Positions 1 through 11,639 of a stretch of 43,149 nt of DNA are shown one piece after another. The notes under the pieces were generated by a model, which was given only the letters and a program-made list of their open reading frames with translations, was not told the DNA's origin and ran no database searches. Source of the stretch: Asterionella formosa (Eukaryota); NCBI GenBank assembly GCA_002256025.1, contig NKIB01014458.1, positions 1 to 43,149 on the forward strand, given 5' to 3'. The position numbers and the translations under genes are program-made. Position 1 is the first letter of the stretch, and every line of letters begins with the position of its first letter.

Positions 1-550
1 CGTTAAGTATTCCTTGAAAGTTCTTGTAGCACGCGTATGCGAGAAACTTCGCTTTCCACATGTGCCATTTAGCATCTTGCCCATCGAATGTTGGCAACCT
101 CACTGACGTGTCTTCGTCACTTCCCATGGTTCCTGAGTAGCCTGTGGCCTTAAAGTGAACGCTTTAAAGCGTGTTGAAAGGTCTCGTACTCCTTCCCGTC
201 TGACGGGTTCCTCTTACGTAGAACTTACCTGTTATACCACTAGTATTGTTATCTTCTTTCTGCTGCTAGCCTTCGTGCTAGTTTTCGCTATTGACCTTTC
301 TCTGTCAATTCTCACTGTTTCTTAATTATAAGATTAAACTAAAACTAAGTTTCAATCCCATTCATCACACTTCGAGAACCTGTTCTTCGTGTTCCCTTTT
401 CGTTGATGTAAACCTTCTTCTGATTGATCTAAGACATCAATCTCGTTAGCAAGCTTCTTGACATGGGAACGCACCATTTGACTCATTGGACTATAGTCGA
501 GTCCACAGTCCTTGTGACTCATTATAGCCATTGATGCTATATTCTTGACA
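1..550 (-). mobile_element. 5' part of a Ty1/copia LTR retrotransposon; candidate 5' LTR at 230-550
   Basis: On the minus strand, 550->230 reads TGTCAAGAAT...GGTATAACA (TG...CA ends, 321 bp). It is followed by GGTAAGTTCTACG at the PBS position (tRNA not identified) and a Gag ATG about 100 bp downstream. The second LTR is outside the window, so the boundaries are inferred. Confidence 0.6.
2..127 (-). CDS. Ty1/copia Gag(-Pol) N-terminus, runs off the left window edge
   Basis: Hand translation from the ATG at 127 gives MGSDEDTSVRLPTFDGQDAKWHMWKAKFLAYACYKNFQGILN, open to the edge. The F(D/S)G..W..W..KF.A.A pattern is typical of copia Gag starts. Absent from the ORF track because it is truncated. 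Confidence 0.75.
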   Translation of the reverse strand, partial: MGSDEDTSVRLPTFDGQDAKWHMWKAKFLAYACYKNFQGILN

Positions 551-766
551 GGCTAGTAGGGTTTAAGGGTTTATCAAAAAGAGGGGGACGAAATATCATT
601 TTCCTATTATAATTTTATCACAAATTAATTTGGTATTTCGAAGCGCGCCCACTATAGCAGACGACATGGATCCACATAAATCAACATGGAGTTCTGATTT
701 TGATCGCATCAATAATAGGGATCCCATCTTCACAAATATCTTGAGCGAGGGCACAGCCATCAGGCA

Positions 767-1435
767 ATGTTCTATCGCACCTTAGTTACTCTAGCTGTCG
801 TTGGACGAACAAGTCAGGCCTTTCTCCACTCCAACCGTGTCTTCCGAGCCGCCACTTCCCTCCGAATGTCGTCTAGTTCTGAAGCCAAGCGCGTCCTGGT
901 TCCCATTGGGGACGGGAGCGAGGAAATCGAGACCACTTGCATTACAGATACACTGGCTCGGTTCGGAGCCCACGTGACGGTTGCTTCCGTGATGCCCCAC
1001 TTGGTTTGTAGAATGAGTCGAGGCATCAAGGTCGTCGCTGATGTTAGTATCGACGATGCGTCCAAAGAAACGTGGGACATGATTGCGCTTCCCGGGGGCA
1101 TGCCTGGAGCGGAGCACTTGCGCGATTCTGCCACTCTCATTTCAATGCTCGAGAAGCAGAATCGCGAGGGTAAAATGTACGCGGCTATATGCGCTTCGCC
1201 TGCCGTTGTCCTGGCCTCCAAGGGGTTGGGAGCTGCAGGAATCACATGCTATCCGGCGCCCGCGTTCCGTGACATTTTGGCTAACCCTGTTGACGATGAC
1301 GTTGTGGTCACCGACAACTTGACCACGTCGAAGGGACCAGGAACTTCGCTCAAGTTTGCGCTTCAGCTAGGTGAGCAGTTATTTGGCAAGGAAAAGGCGG
1401 ATGAGATTGCGGCCCAAATGCTGGTCACACGTTAG
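767..1435 (+). CDS. DJ-1: DJ-1/PfpI (ThiJ/YajL-like) glyoxalase/deglycase, probably organelle (plastid) targeted
   Basis: Motifs GSEEIE (catalytic Glu), LPGGMPGAEHL, AAICASP (nucleophile Cys) and TSKGPGT. N-terminus is a hydrophobic leader ending SQA|F, then a Ser/Arg-rich transit-like segment. Intronless. Confidence 0.93.
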   Translation: MFYRTLVTLAVVGRTSQAFLHSNRVFRAATSLRMSSSSEAKRVLVPIGDGSEEIETTCITDTLARFGAHVTVASVMPHLVCRMSRGIKVVADVSIDDASKETWDMIALPGGMPGAEHLRDSATLISMLEKQNREGKMYAAICASPAVVLASKGLGAAGITCYPAPAFRDILANPVDDDVVVTDNLTTSKGPGTSLKFALQLGEQLFGKEKADEIAAQMLVTR

Positions 1436-1468
1436 TAACCACGATTCCTTCTTGTGAAGGCGTGTAGT

Positions 1469-2959
1469 TCATTGCAGAAATTCTTCTATATTTGATATTA
1501 GCTCATCTATATTACATTGGCATCGTTTCGTCAAGCCGTGGTCTTTCCCTTCCTGGATGAATTGTCGAATTTCCTTGAGGATCGGATAAATTGCTGACAA
1601 ATTGAAGGATGCCATATAATTCGCGGCTTGCTTTGAATCACTAATGATTGAAAGTGCCTTTTTGGAAAGGACAAACCACAGTAGCAGCAGATCATCTCCT
1701 ACTTGAGCGGAATCATTGTTTTGCTCAAGATGACTGGCGTTGAGCTCTGTAGCGATACTCCCATGGCGGTGATGAGAATGGGACGAAATTAGCTCGGACC
1801 GTAGCTTCTGCCAACTCCAATGAATGTTTGTCCCATTTAACCAGTTATGGTTAATGGAAAGGGTGGGTTCTAGATTCTCGACTGTGTGGTGCCAACCAGA
1901 GGGCACGAAAATAGTTTGACCAATTTCTTGGATAACCTCAATGGCGTGTTGTCGAGCCTCAGCAAGTCCTGGAAAAAAGATATCTAGACCATCCTGAATG
2001 TCAGCGTGAAGGTGGCTTGCCAAGTGCATTCCGAAGCAGTCGTAGAGAAGGTGCGTGTATTCAGGAGGAATCAAGTACCACCGTTTTCTGCCACAAACGT
2101 TGGTTGACCACGAAAAGGACCACAGAACGTCAGCATGAAGGCGTGTTGATGTTCCCGCTGGGCCTAAATAAACAAACTTGTATGCATGTCCCATGGCACC
2201 ATTTAGCCAATCGTCACGGAAGTACTCAGGCCACTCATAGTAAGCGTCATAATCTTTATGAATTGCAACGAATTTCCAGTCCTTTAAGTACAAAAGGTCT
2301 CCATTGTCCTGCATTCCATGATGTCGCTCCCACCATTGCGCATATTCCGACAGTGTCATATCGTCCTTTCTTGGTCTATTTATCGTAAATCCTGCTCGAG
2401 ATTGTACATATACTGGGGCCAGGTCTTGTCCAAAGAGCTCCTCCAATCGATGCAAGTTGGGCTTACTACCGGTACTAACTGCGACACCATCATCATCATG
2501 CAGCACGTGCATGACCCATTCTCGGGTTGCTCCCCATTGTTCAGCGATTCCATCAATTAGCACTGGTTGATTTGTCATCATGTACGTGGAAACAAAGTCG
2601 TGGTAGTCAAGACTTTCACAGTGTCGTCGCTCGATTTCCTTCTTGTTGTTATTATTATTATTATTATTCTCTGTAGTTGCAGTCATAGTTGGATCTGACG
2701 ATGCGTCATTATGACGATGATCGCAAGCAATAATAACATAATCTCCCAAAGCATCGACCCTTCCATCAAAAATAGCAGGTGCCAAAGCAGATTCGTCGGC
2801 CCCTCCCTTGGTCCATATGGAGTGAATGATTCTAGCAATGGCCTGTCGTCTCTGAGGCATGGATGATTGTGAATACGAATAATTGTGGCCAACTGTAGAG
2901 AATGATTCATCCAATGATGAATGATGGACTTGAGCGGTACTGCAGTCTCGTTCAGCCAT
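1469..2959 (-). CDS. JMJD4: JmjC-domain 2OG-Fe(II) oxygenase, JMJD4-like
   Basis: Motifs LYLKDWKF, YFRDDWLN, YKFVYLGPAGTSTRLHADV (HxD), SFSWSTNVCGRKRW and FVPSGWHHTVENLEPTLSINHNW match JMJD4. The start is uncertain; I used the first in-frame ATG (2959), whereas the track begins at a GTG. Confidence 0.88.
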   Translation of the reverse strand: MAERDCSTAQVHHSSLDESFSTVGHNYSYSQSSMPQRRQAIARIIHSIWTKGGADESALAPAIFDGRVDALGDYVIIACDHRHNDASSDPTMTATTENNNNNNNNKKEIERRHCESLDYHDFVSTYMMTNQPVLIDGIAEQWGATREWVMHVLHDDDGVAVSTGSKPNLHRLEELFGQDLAPVYVQSRAGFTINRPRKDDMTLSEYAQWWERHHGMQDNGDLLYLKDWKFVAIHKDYDAYYEWPEYFRDDWLNGAMGHAYKFVYLGPAGTSTRLHADVLWSFSWSTNVCGRKRWYLIPPEYTHLLYDCFGMHLASHLHADIQDGLDIFFPGLAEARQHAIEVIQEIGQTIFVPSGWHHTVENLEPTLSINHNWLNGTNIHWSWQKLRSELISSHSHHRHGSIATELNASHLEQNNDSAQVGDDLLLLWFVLSKKALSIISDSKQAANYMASFNLSAIYPILKEIRQFIQEGKDHGLTKRCQCNIDELISNIEEFLQ

Positions 2960-4684
2960 TTTGAATCCAATGATTGATGCAGCAGGGTAATTTTCACACG
3001 AGAGATCAGTTGTCTTGTTGACTCGAACCGAACAAGGGATCACTATTTATACAACCACCGACAGAAGTCTTGATTGGGGAGCGATGGTTGCTCATTTCGT
3101 TAAAAAGGCATTAGATGTGCCCGGTATGTATCCAGACCATAAATTTCCATTTTTCATTATTTAGTGTGGTGTATGTATTTATCATGGAAGATTTTAGAGA
3201 TCTACCGAGACCAGCACCAGCTGTCTGTGTCTCGTTGCATATGCGACGTCGTTTTCTTTTGATTGAGGGGTATGATAATAATCAAAGGACAAGTTCTCCA
3301 AAAAAAAAAGGAGTAATATAAAGTACTATAGACGTTTGTTGAAGGGCTCAACTAAATTTTCAGGGAAACTCAAAGAAGACGTTTTATCTATAGGAAAAAC
3401 AGGCCAAAACATCCCGGCTTTTACAAAAGTTTGTCTAGACCCAGGGACAAGCTACGGCAACTTGCTTTCGCACCTGAGTGTGCGTTTAAGGGGTAACGAG
3501 GTACCTGGTACGTTCACTGGAGTACTTGGTACCAGGTCGTACATTCAAAGCAATGGCGTGAGTCGATCTTCACCAGTCATTCCAGGACAGTACAGTAGAG
3601 GAGCTACGTAGCTACCGGTATAATATTGGCCTTTTTTCCAGTTTTGTAAACCATCATCATGCTAATTACAACTCCGCATACTCCCCACATGTTTATCAAC
3701 CAAACATCAATACCGGCATTACTACCGGTATGCCGTGTCTTCTGATCAATGAACTATTGGTTGCAACTCTGCCCCGCCCTTTGCATATAGAGGCAACTGA
3801 TCCACCAGCAGTATTCATAGAACATTTGTGCGGAACGAAGTGTCGATGTGTCATGACGAGTTTTTTGTGGTCAGTACAAAGTCGTGTTTAGTATAGCTGT
3901 TACTACTACCATCCTTCGCGAGAGAATGATTAAGATCTTGAAACACCCTTACAGTGCAAACGAGCCGCGATCCTTTTAACGATTGGAAGCAAAATGTTTC
4001 TCTTTGTCGAGGACTTGCGCGCAAATCGTTGGATGAAGACTTTGTTTTGATAGGAAGAGTCTGACTCGAGCACAAACGCATATACATTTGAATACTTTGC
4101 TCTTTCTTTTTGCTGTGCTAACTCTTTAACGTTGTTTTTCTCAGAAATGGAGACTCGGCATGATCTACAAGAATATATGTGTATATATATATCAGTCATA
4201 CTACGGTATCACGAGGAGTAAATTGTAAGCAGAGACAGCAATCTTTACACTCATATAATGCTCTATGCATACATTCCTTGGAGTTTCATGGTATCCTATA
4301 GGTAAGTGGTATTACCATGCAGCATATGTCATCATTTTTTGGAAATGTTGATATGTAGAGAATGATGAGAACCTTTCAATAAATGCTCTTACAGCGAAAA
4401 ACGACCGGGATTCTTTTGGTTTGTGACTATAAGCAAAACGTTTATTACTCCTCCCTTGAGAATTGTAAACGGTCGTGAATGAAGACTCTTTGGTTTTTGA
4501 TAGGAAGATCTGACTCAAACCCACATCATTTCAGCTGGAAGGATATTTACCCCAAAGTAATTTTGTCCCTTCTAACCCAATCTCTCTCCCTCATCAAATT
4601 CTTTCAAAATTGGAATTGATGTATTAAAGTCAAGTCTTTTTGTCATGATAAAAGTAACAAGCCGATTGCAAGATATCTCACTTT

Positions 4685-5636
4685 TTAAAAAATCACCTTG
4701 GAATACAGGCAAAGGTCATGTTCTGCATTGATTATCGTTTCATCCCCTTGGCTGGGTAAATGGTAAGTTAAGGTAACCACAGCTCTCACTTTGTGCGATT
4801 GGGTCAAGCATGCCAGTAATGGAATCAGCTTTATTAGCAACGTTGGGTATGTGTACAGAAAAATGACAGTTGTTGATTTGAGAGTTTTTGCCAAAGGGGA
4901 AGAATCTTTGTTGTATGGTCAGTTTAATAGTGTATGAGGGTATAAACTAAAGCTGATGAGATCTTACCTTCCAGCAACCGCTCTGGATTTATAGTGGCGT
5001 CCACTTCGTAAAATATACACTTTGTGGGGTGCAAGCCTTCTTCTTTGGCCAATTCTTTAGCTAATGCAATGCAAGGAGGTGAGACATCTAAACCAATTGA
5101 TGTACATCCTGTCGAAACCGGTTATAAGAATAGAAAACAATATTAGTTTCCACTATCAAAGGTTCTTTCAGATTTTATTTCTCAAGAGATTTTGTCAGCG
5201 CACTGTACAAAAATTAATTACCTGATAACTTTGAAGCTGCTACACAGACTCGTCCGTCGCCACAGCCAATATCAAGCAATATATCATTCTCGCTTAGTCC
5301 GGTCCATGAAACAAAAGCTGCTATTTTCTCAGGTGTCGAAGGAACATAGGGACTTAAACAATTCGAAACAGCATTCGGATTCGAATAGTCATGGAAAATG
5401 ACAACATTTTCCTTTTCGGCCTCATGACCTTGGAACCCATCATTATAATTATTATTATTACTTCTACTAGCCACCATCACAGGGTCTGAATTCGATTCCG
5501 CACCATTGATGCTAGTAAGTTGAGCGTCAATCGCAGCTTCCAAATGAACATCCTCTAGTTCATCTGATCTATCTTTCAGCCTTTTGTCAAGCTGATTGAT
5601 AAATTCAATCATGCGCTGATGGTTATCATTGTTCAT
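4685..5636 (-). CDS. Class I SAM-dependent methyltransferase, FAM173/ATPSCKMT-like; 3 exons (5636-5222, 5108-4968, 4905-4685), 258 aa
   Basis: GT-AG splicing joins three pieces in frame: SPYVPST...LLDIGCGDGRV (motif I), GCTSIGLDVSP...FYEVDAT, and VIFLYTYP...AVVTLTYHLP. Exon sum is 777 nt. Confidence 0.8.
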
Positions 5637-5834
5637 CGTCGTCAATTTCTTTAAAATTAAATAATGCCATTGAAGGTGATGAGTGTTCAATAAGATACCG
5701 GTATGTGCCGGTAAATATGAGAAATCACGCATATGATACCTGGGAGTTGACGGAAACTCCGAAGTACGAAAAGTCACGCACAAAAACGGTGTTTTATCTA
5801 AAATCGACCGCGCATCACGTTTTCCCAAAAAACC

Positions 5835-5943
5835 GCAAAAGAACGCGAAGTTCGCAAAAGACCGCAGAAAAACGTCGTATATCCGGGTTTTCCCGTTCTT
5901 TTATGGTCTTTTGCGAACTTTTGCGAACTTCGCGTTCTTTTGC
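5835..5943. repeat. Perfect 26-bp inverted repeat with 57-bp spacer
   Basis: GCAAAAGAACGCGAAGTTCGCAAAAG (5835-5860) and its exact reverse complement (5918-5943). The right side also carries a 10-bp tandem duplication, TTGCGAACTT x2 (5911-5930). Confidence 0.95.
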
Positions 5944-5964
5944 AATCTTTTCGTTCGATCTCCG

Positions 5965-6265
5965 TCACTGACTTCAATGTGGAGGTCTGGCAAAAGAGAT
6001 ACCAATTGCCATCCATCAACTTTTTTTCTTCCTTCTAACGTCAAGTTTAACATTGTCAACAAAAACAGATGCTCGGAATGTTTCATTTGTTTATCAATAG
6101 GTGAACCATCACTAAAAACTGCTAGGGCAACAAATCAACATCCTGTCTTCAACACTCCATCTTTTGATGCAGGAGAATTGTTGAAAACATTTTCAAACCA
6201 AGTCGCAGAAGTTACTTTGTCATATATGCGTTCTCCACAAGTTGAATGTTTCACTTGTAGGTGAC
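5965..6265 (-). pseudogene. Plavaka-like (CMC/CACTA-related) transposase fragment
   Basis: One frame reads ERIYDKVTSATWFEN...GC*FVALAVFSDGSPIDKQMKHSEHLFLLTMLNLTLEGRKKVDGWQLVSLLPDL. This resembles the Plavaka pattern R.Y....g.Ww / hhh.SD / P.hhT..N.....R.K...W.h..hhP. It has an internal stop, and the upstream ORF 6220-6723 is probably its frameshifted N-terminal part. Confidence 0.55.
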
Positions 6266-8465
6266 ATACAAAATGTTTCATGATATTGGAATCGCAGAGC
6301 AACTTCTTGGTTTTGAAAAAAACTCACAACCTTTGCGACAATTGATGGTTCAAGTTTAGCTAAGTGGGAACAACGTTCTGATAAAGCTGCTGAAATTGAA
6401 GATTCTTGATAACCTCGTGTGGACGAGTTTTGAACCGAATTACAACCTTTGTAGTGATTGAGTTCATTGACCAATTGATAATATCCTTTGGCAAGTGCAA
6501 AATGTTTTTCCCTCAGTTTGTCATGTAGTACTTGTTGGTCCGTGCGATTAGAAAATTTATGATATGGAACCATGTCGTCCATCTGCATCCGGAAGTTGTT
6601 GTTAATGGTACTATTATCGACAGGAGCCATTTTTCTTGTAGCAACAACTGAAGAAGAAAGGTCATCATCACTTTCAGTATCAATTAGGGGATCCTGTGTA
6701 GTTGATGGTGTCCCCATTGACAATGGGGTAGTACCCCCACTAACTCCATGTCGCCGATTGGGTTCCTTTGGATAATTGCCGATTCGCGTTTTCTTTGTTC
6801 ACTCATTTGGTACTTGCTTCTTTGTTCCATACCGGCAGTATTTGCCGCATGTCGCTTGTTTCCATGAGCCTCTTTATGGTTGTTGAAGACATTGTACAAC
6901 TAGATAACTGTTGTCTTAAGTTTGATGATCTTAAAATCAGGTGTTGCTACAATGAAATGAATCATCAGACGTGCCATATTAAGAGTGCCTTTGAATTTTA
7001 TAAATGTATGACACTTAATATATTTATATATTTACATATTTTATAACTATATACATGGCAAATATATTTGAAATCGTTCTGTCATGTTAACAAAAAATGC
7101 CTGCTTGGTGAAAAAGAAATATCGTAGTAAAGCATATGACAAGGAAAGTTTACGCAATAATGAAAAACATTGTGGCTTCGACACATTGCGCTTTCGAAGG
7201 ATGGAGTATGTTTAAGGTAATGAAGCCATCAATGTTGTACGTGGATGAAAATCGTTGCGAGGAAATCAACAAATTGTAAACTAAATGCACGTTTCTTTTC
7301 TTCTCAGTTGATTCAATAGCTCATTTCGCTTGTTGGGGAGCACCAATGTAAAACAAAACTAAATTGGTAAGTGCTCTTGTCGTTGGACCTATTCACTACT
7401 TTTGGAACATAACTCATGGACACATTTACCTTCTTTCAAATTTAAGCTGACGAAAATGAATCTGTAAGTCTTATTCGACAACATTGGATACCTGAAACTT
7501 ACTTATTCAAGAATTGAATGACAATTTCATATTACAGACATATGCATCAGTTGCTTTGATTTTTGGTAAGTGAAGCAAGAGGATACGATGGAATTGCGTG
7601 ATGTTGTGTCAGTGTAACATGACTAGCTAACAAGTCATTCCTTCTCATTGTTACTGTCACTGTATAGGACAATAAAACCAATCAAACAACAGAATAATTG
7701 GCGAGTTCAGAGTGTCACTAAATGCAGGGAGAAAGACGAGACATTAAGCACTGCATGGCGCAAGATTCAGAATAGAGGAAGGGCGAGGCCACAGGAACAA
7801 TATACATTGAGCCAAGTGGAGAGAGAAAAATTGGGTCGCTGGCCTGTAGAATCATAGATAGCATTGCTAAATTTGATAGTATAATTACGATCCATTTCAA
7901 TCTATTTTGAACAATGCTTGTGATTAGAATCATGATCATGTTTAAGATAGATATATATTGAAACAATTCACATGATAGCATAGAGTTGAGCTGATTTTAG
8001 GATGCATTGTAGTAATAATTTACATTTGGCGATCACGAGAAGTGAAAATAATATGAGAAGCTTTATGGTATTGATAAGAAATGTTGTTGATCAGTTGATA
8101 TACATTGTGTGATGATAATGTTCTTATTATCATTATAATTCAAGTTCGGTAAAATATTAATAAATCATCTGTGCCACTTAGCATACAATACCCTTGATCC
8201 TATATGCATGATACTTTTTCTTTGCAGACATTAGCTATGATGCAGCTTTGCTTATGGATGGCTGAATGCTTCATCATGTTGAGATATTCATTAAGATATC
8301 TCCTTATTTTTTATCTTAGCAGCACTCAGCTCCCTCCAGAGTATATTGTGTGTCAACAATCGATTGAGCAATGCAATGGAATACACAAGCAAGATGCTAG
8401 ATCTAGACTACTTCCATGATTCCTCAAGGACAAGTAGTTATGACAAAGAAAATATCTGTGAGGCC

Positions 8466-8985
8466 TTGGAATGGATGAAATTCAGTTCAAATCAAGTTAC
8501 CGTTGCTGATAAATTTTCAAAATTTTTAAATGAAGTGATCTGTTCAAGAAAGCTCATCCATGTAGTTGTGACTCACAGTCAAATGTTTCGAATGAGTCGA
8601 ATGAGTCGACTTTGATGTAGCAAGCTCTCATCAACCACACGTTCAACGTTATTACTCCAGCTATAATGAGCTGAACGATATAGGCTTATTCGGAATACCA
8701 ATAGTTTGAAATGAATGATCTATGGTTATAGAACTATGATCAGTAAGTGTGCGATAGACATGGGCCTATCTATGAATGTATGTTTCTAGAAATGCAAACA
8801 GCATTTGGAGAATAGTTTGTTTGTTTATTCAAACCAAAGAGCTTAAACTATTTTAGTAACTCACAATAAGAATATAGAAATGAATGTCTCTATCTATAGC
8901 CTTCTTTGTCTGATGATGTAGATCTATCTAAGAAGGTAATACTTTAACAGTGATATACCATGAAAAATGATAAGAACGGCCCTAA
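8466..8985 (+). repeat. Terminal segment of a PIF/Harbinger-like element, second copy at about 17004-17109
   Basis: TTGGAATGGATGAAATTCAGTTCAAATCAAGTTACCGTTGCTGATAAATTTTCAAA (about 8466-8521) and AGTGATATACCATGAAAAATGATAAGAACGGCCC|TAA (about 8949-8985) both align with 17004-17109. The end GCCC|TAA fits a Harbinger GGGC-type TIR with a TAA target site. Confidence 0.6.
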
Positions 8986-9363
8986 GCAATAAATGCAGGA
9001 ACCTTAATATGTATTATCATTTGATAACAGAATACACCGGTACGCCTTGAAACAGATTTTTACTGTAAATGGGCCAACTTGATTTCACATTTACATTCAG
9101 TACCATACACATTATGCTTCAAGAATACAAGCTAAGAATGCTGAAGTGTCACAGTCGTGGTTGCGACGATAGTTTAAGCTTGAAGGTTGTGAACAGCAAA
9201 TGCTTTGGTAGTTCGAATTATCTGGTACATACAGCGAAGTAAATATCAATTGAATTTACATATTATGATGTTAAGCAAAAATAGCATCAACTGAAATGAG
9301 AGATTCGCCATCACAAGTCCTAAACGTCCCCCCTTGACTTCTACAAGCAACCGCAAATCGAAA

Positions 9364-11466
9364 CTAACGGCCAAAGCCGCTCACAAATGTGTCTTGAACT
9401 TTGACTCCTCCACTGGCGACAACTATGTCCCCATCGTCACGAAAGTCCAATGATAAATCGATGTCCTCGTCCTCCATATCCACAACAATATCCTCGTCTT
9501 CTCGGCTAATGGCAGGAAGGGGCTGGATCCCATTGCGCTGGAAATAACTCACCAACTGGGTCGGAATCTCGTGCAAGGTAGCGGCGCTTAAATCATCTGA
9601 GTTTCTGCAGTGTTCGTTGAATTGAACAAACTGTGCAATATCAGGTGTACCCGGTGGTTGCGAGTGATCGTCCAAAAATCGCATGGAACTGAAGTCGGCA
9701 TTTCCGACACCAACAATTACAATCGAGAGTGGAGCATCGGAACAAGCGTTCATCGCGTTAGCCGTTTGCTGCATATCGGAGACAGCTCCATCGGTAACAA
9801 TAAGCAAGATGCCGTAGGCTTGCTTTCCAGCGGTTCTTGCTGCTTGTTGCTGGCTTTTGGCGCGAGCTGCTGCGGTCTGAATAACTTGCGAGATGTCAGT
9901 CGGTCCCGACATGACCAAACCAGATTTAAAAGTCTGATGGTACGCGTCAATGATCCCTTGGATTCCATGGACTTCAGCAGTAGGACCGCATTGGAAGCAA
10001 TGGCGAACAACACCGCCATATTTAGCACCAAAACCAAGTACAGGATAACTTTGGTCGGAATCAAATTTGGCTGAATGAACAACATGGTTGTGAGAATGAT
10101 GATAATTACAGGCAACTCATTTGCATTTTTGAAGCCTACCTAGTACCGTGACAATTGCTTTGATGGCCTTTTCATAATCATTAAGTTGTCCATCTTTGTG
10201 CAAATAATGAAGCGTTCCAGGCTGACGAGGATCTCCATTGGAACCTGTAAAGTCAATGGCGACCGATACATTGAACTCACAGCCACCAGATACATAATCA
10301 ATAAATGTTGGTTGATTTGATGGAGATTTAAATGTTGCTGGAGCAGGTCCTGGCTTAAAAGCAACGGGAGCAGCAACCACTGCAGGGGCAGCAGTAATTC
10401 GAGTAGCCGCCATCTGTGTCGTGATCGATTCAACTCCAGCTACCTCAGCCTTCATGACAATGACTTTTCCGACATCCTTACCCTTCTGCTTGAGCACAAA
10501 TGCCTTCCCCATATCTTCTGATCCACCAGTTTCAGCCGATTTTAGTCCCTTGACACTGGTCTCAAATTGTCCCATTGGGACATGCTTTCCACTACTTTCA
10601 AAATCAAAAACAGTGACAAGGATTGGCTTGTCCAAGTCTCCTTGGCATAGACTGCTCAATGGAACAACTGCTGTTTCCCAATTAGGATTCAAGCTATCGT
10701 GTATGACCTTCGAGCGAAAAACATTGTCCCTTCGATATTGAGATATTTTGTTAGTAATTTCAAAAGTCTCAGTAGATCCAACAATGATACAACTGGTACA
10801 CTCTACTTACCAAGTGAGTCCACCAGCAGAGTCTCGTTTGCACGACAATTCAAAAAATGGATCACTTTTCTTCATAAATCCCTCAACATTCGTAAGTTTG
10901 ATTCCCTTCATCTGTAATCGCAGGAGTCCAGACCCCTGGCTCTGTGCCACATGAAGAAAGACACTACACAACAGGGCCTGTTAGGTTCCATTCGATTCGA
11001 GAAACGAGTGCAAATTCCAGGGCAACAGAAAAAAAGCAAACTTACGTTCCGCCATTCTTAAACTTTTTGGCTTTTGTGTTTCCACGGGCTCCGAGGCATT
11101 CGCCAATATCGAAAGTGGCGCTTCCCATGGGTTTATTGCTTCCCTTCCTGACTTGGTCGTACACCTGGACAGCGACAATCAAGGGTTTGCCAAGCTCAAA
11201 ATCAATGGTGAATACAGACGCCCAATTGGGGCTGAGACTATTTGCGATACTGAAAAAAGACGGCAAAGGCAGTGAGTGCATCGAGTCACACGGAGACGCA
11301 GAAGGTCAATGAAGGTTTCAAATACTCACGTTTCAGTCTTTCCGATGACTTCGGGCTTCATTCCTACCTGTGTAGATACATGAGTCACTACAGCATATGG
11401 ATCTGAAGTGCCGAAACTGGTAGTATTCTTAAGATTGGAAGCGTGAAGAGACAGCTCGACTTTCAT
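9364..11466 (-). CDS. Copine (two C2 domains + vWA domain); 5 exons (11466-11330, 11249-11046, 10963-10811, 10729-10140, 10070-9364), 596 aa
   Basis: C2 motifs SDPYAVV and KSDPFFEL, LSPNW/LNPNW; copine vWA motifs VAIDFTGSNGDPR, GFGAK, SGPT, LLIVTDG and PLSIVIVGVG. All four introns are GT-AG; exon sum is 1791 nt. Confidence 0.93.
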
Positions 11467-11639
11467 GTTGGAGATTTGGCCTTCGGTTGTTCGATTTGGA
11501 TTCTTTATGCGTCTAGGAAATCATGTGCTGTGATCCTCGCATGATGGCTGATGCATAAGAACCGTTATGCAGTATTGCATGATCGCTGATGATTTAAGGT
11601 GGGAATGGCGGCGTGATAATCGCTCACGCATGAATCATC

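Noticed and set aside
2643..2668. (AAT/AAC)n poly-Asn tracts in JMJD4 and the methyltransferase
   Set aside because: Ordinary coding microsatellites in low-complexity linkers.
3851..4524. Short minus-strand ORFs downstream of the methyltransferase
   Set aside because: Interrupted by stops, no recognisable motif, and no convincing splice model.
6135..6137. In-frame TGA codons as selenocysteine or an alternative genetic code
   Set aside because: They occur only in frameshifted TE relics, and an intact gene (JMJD4) uses TGA as its stop.
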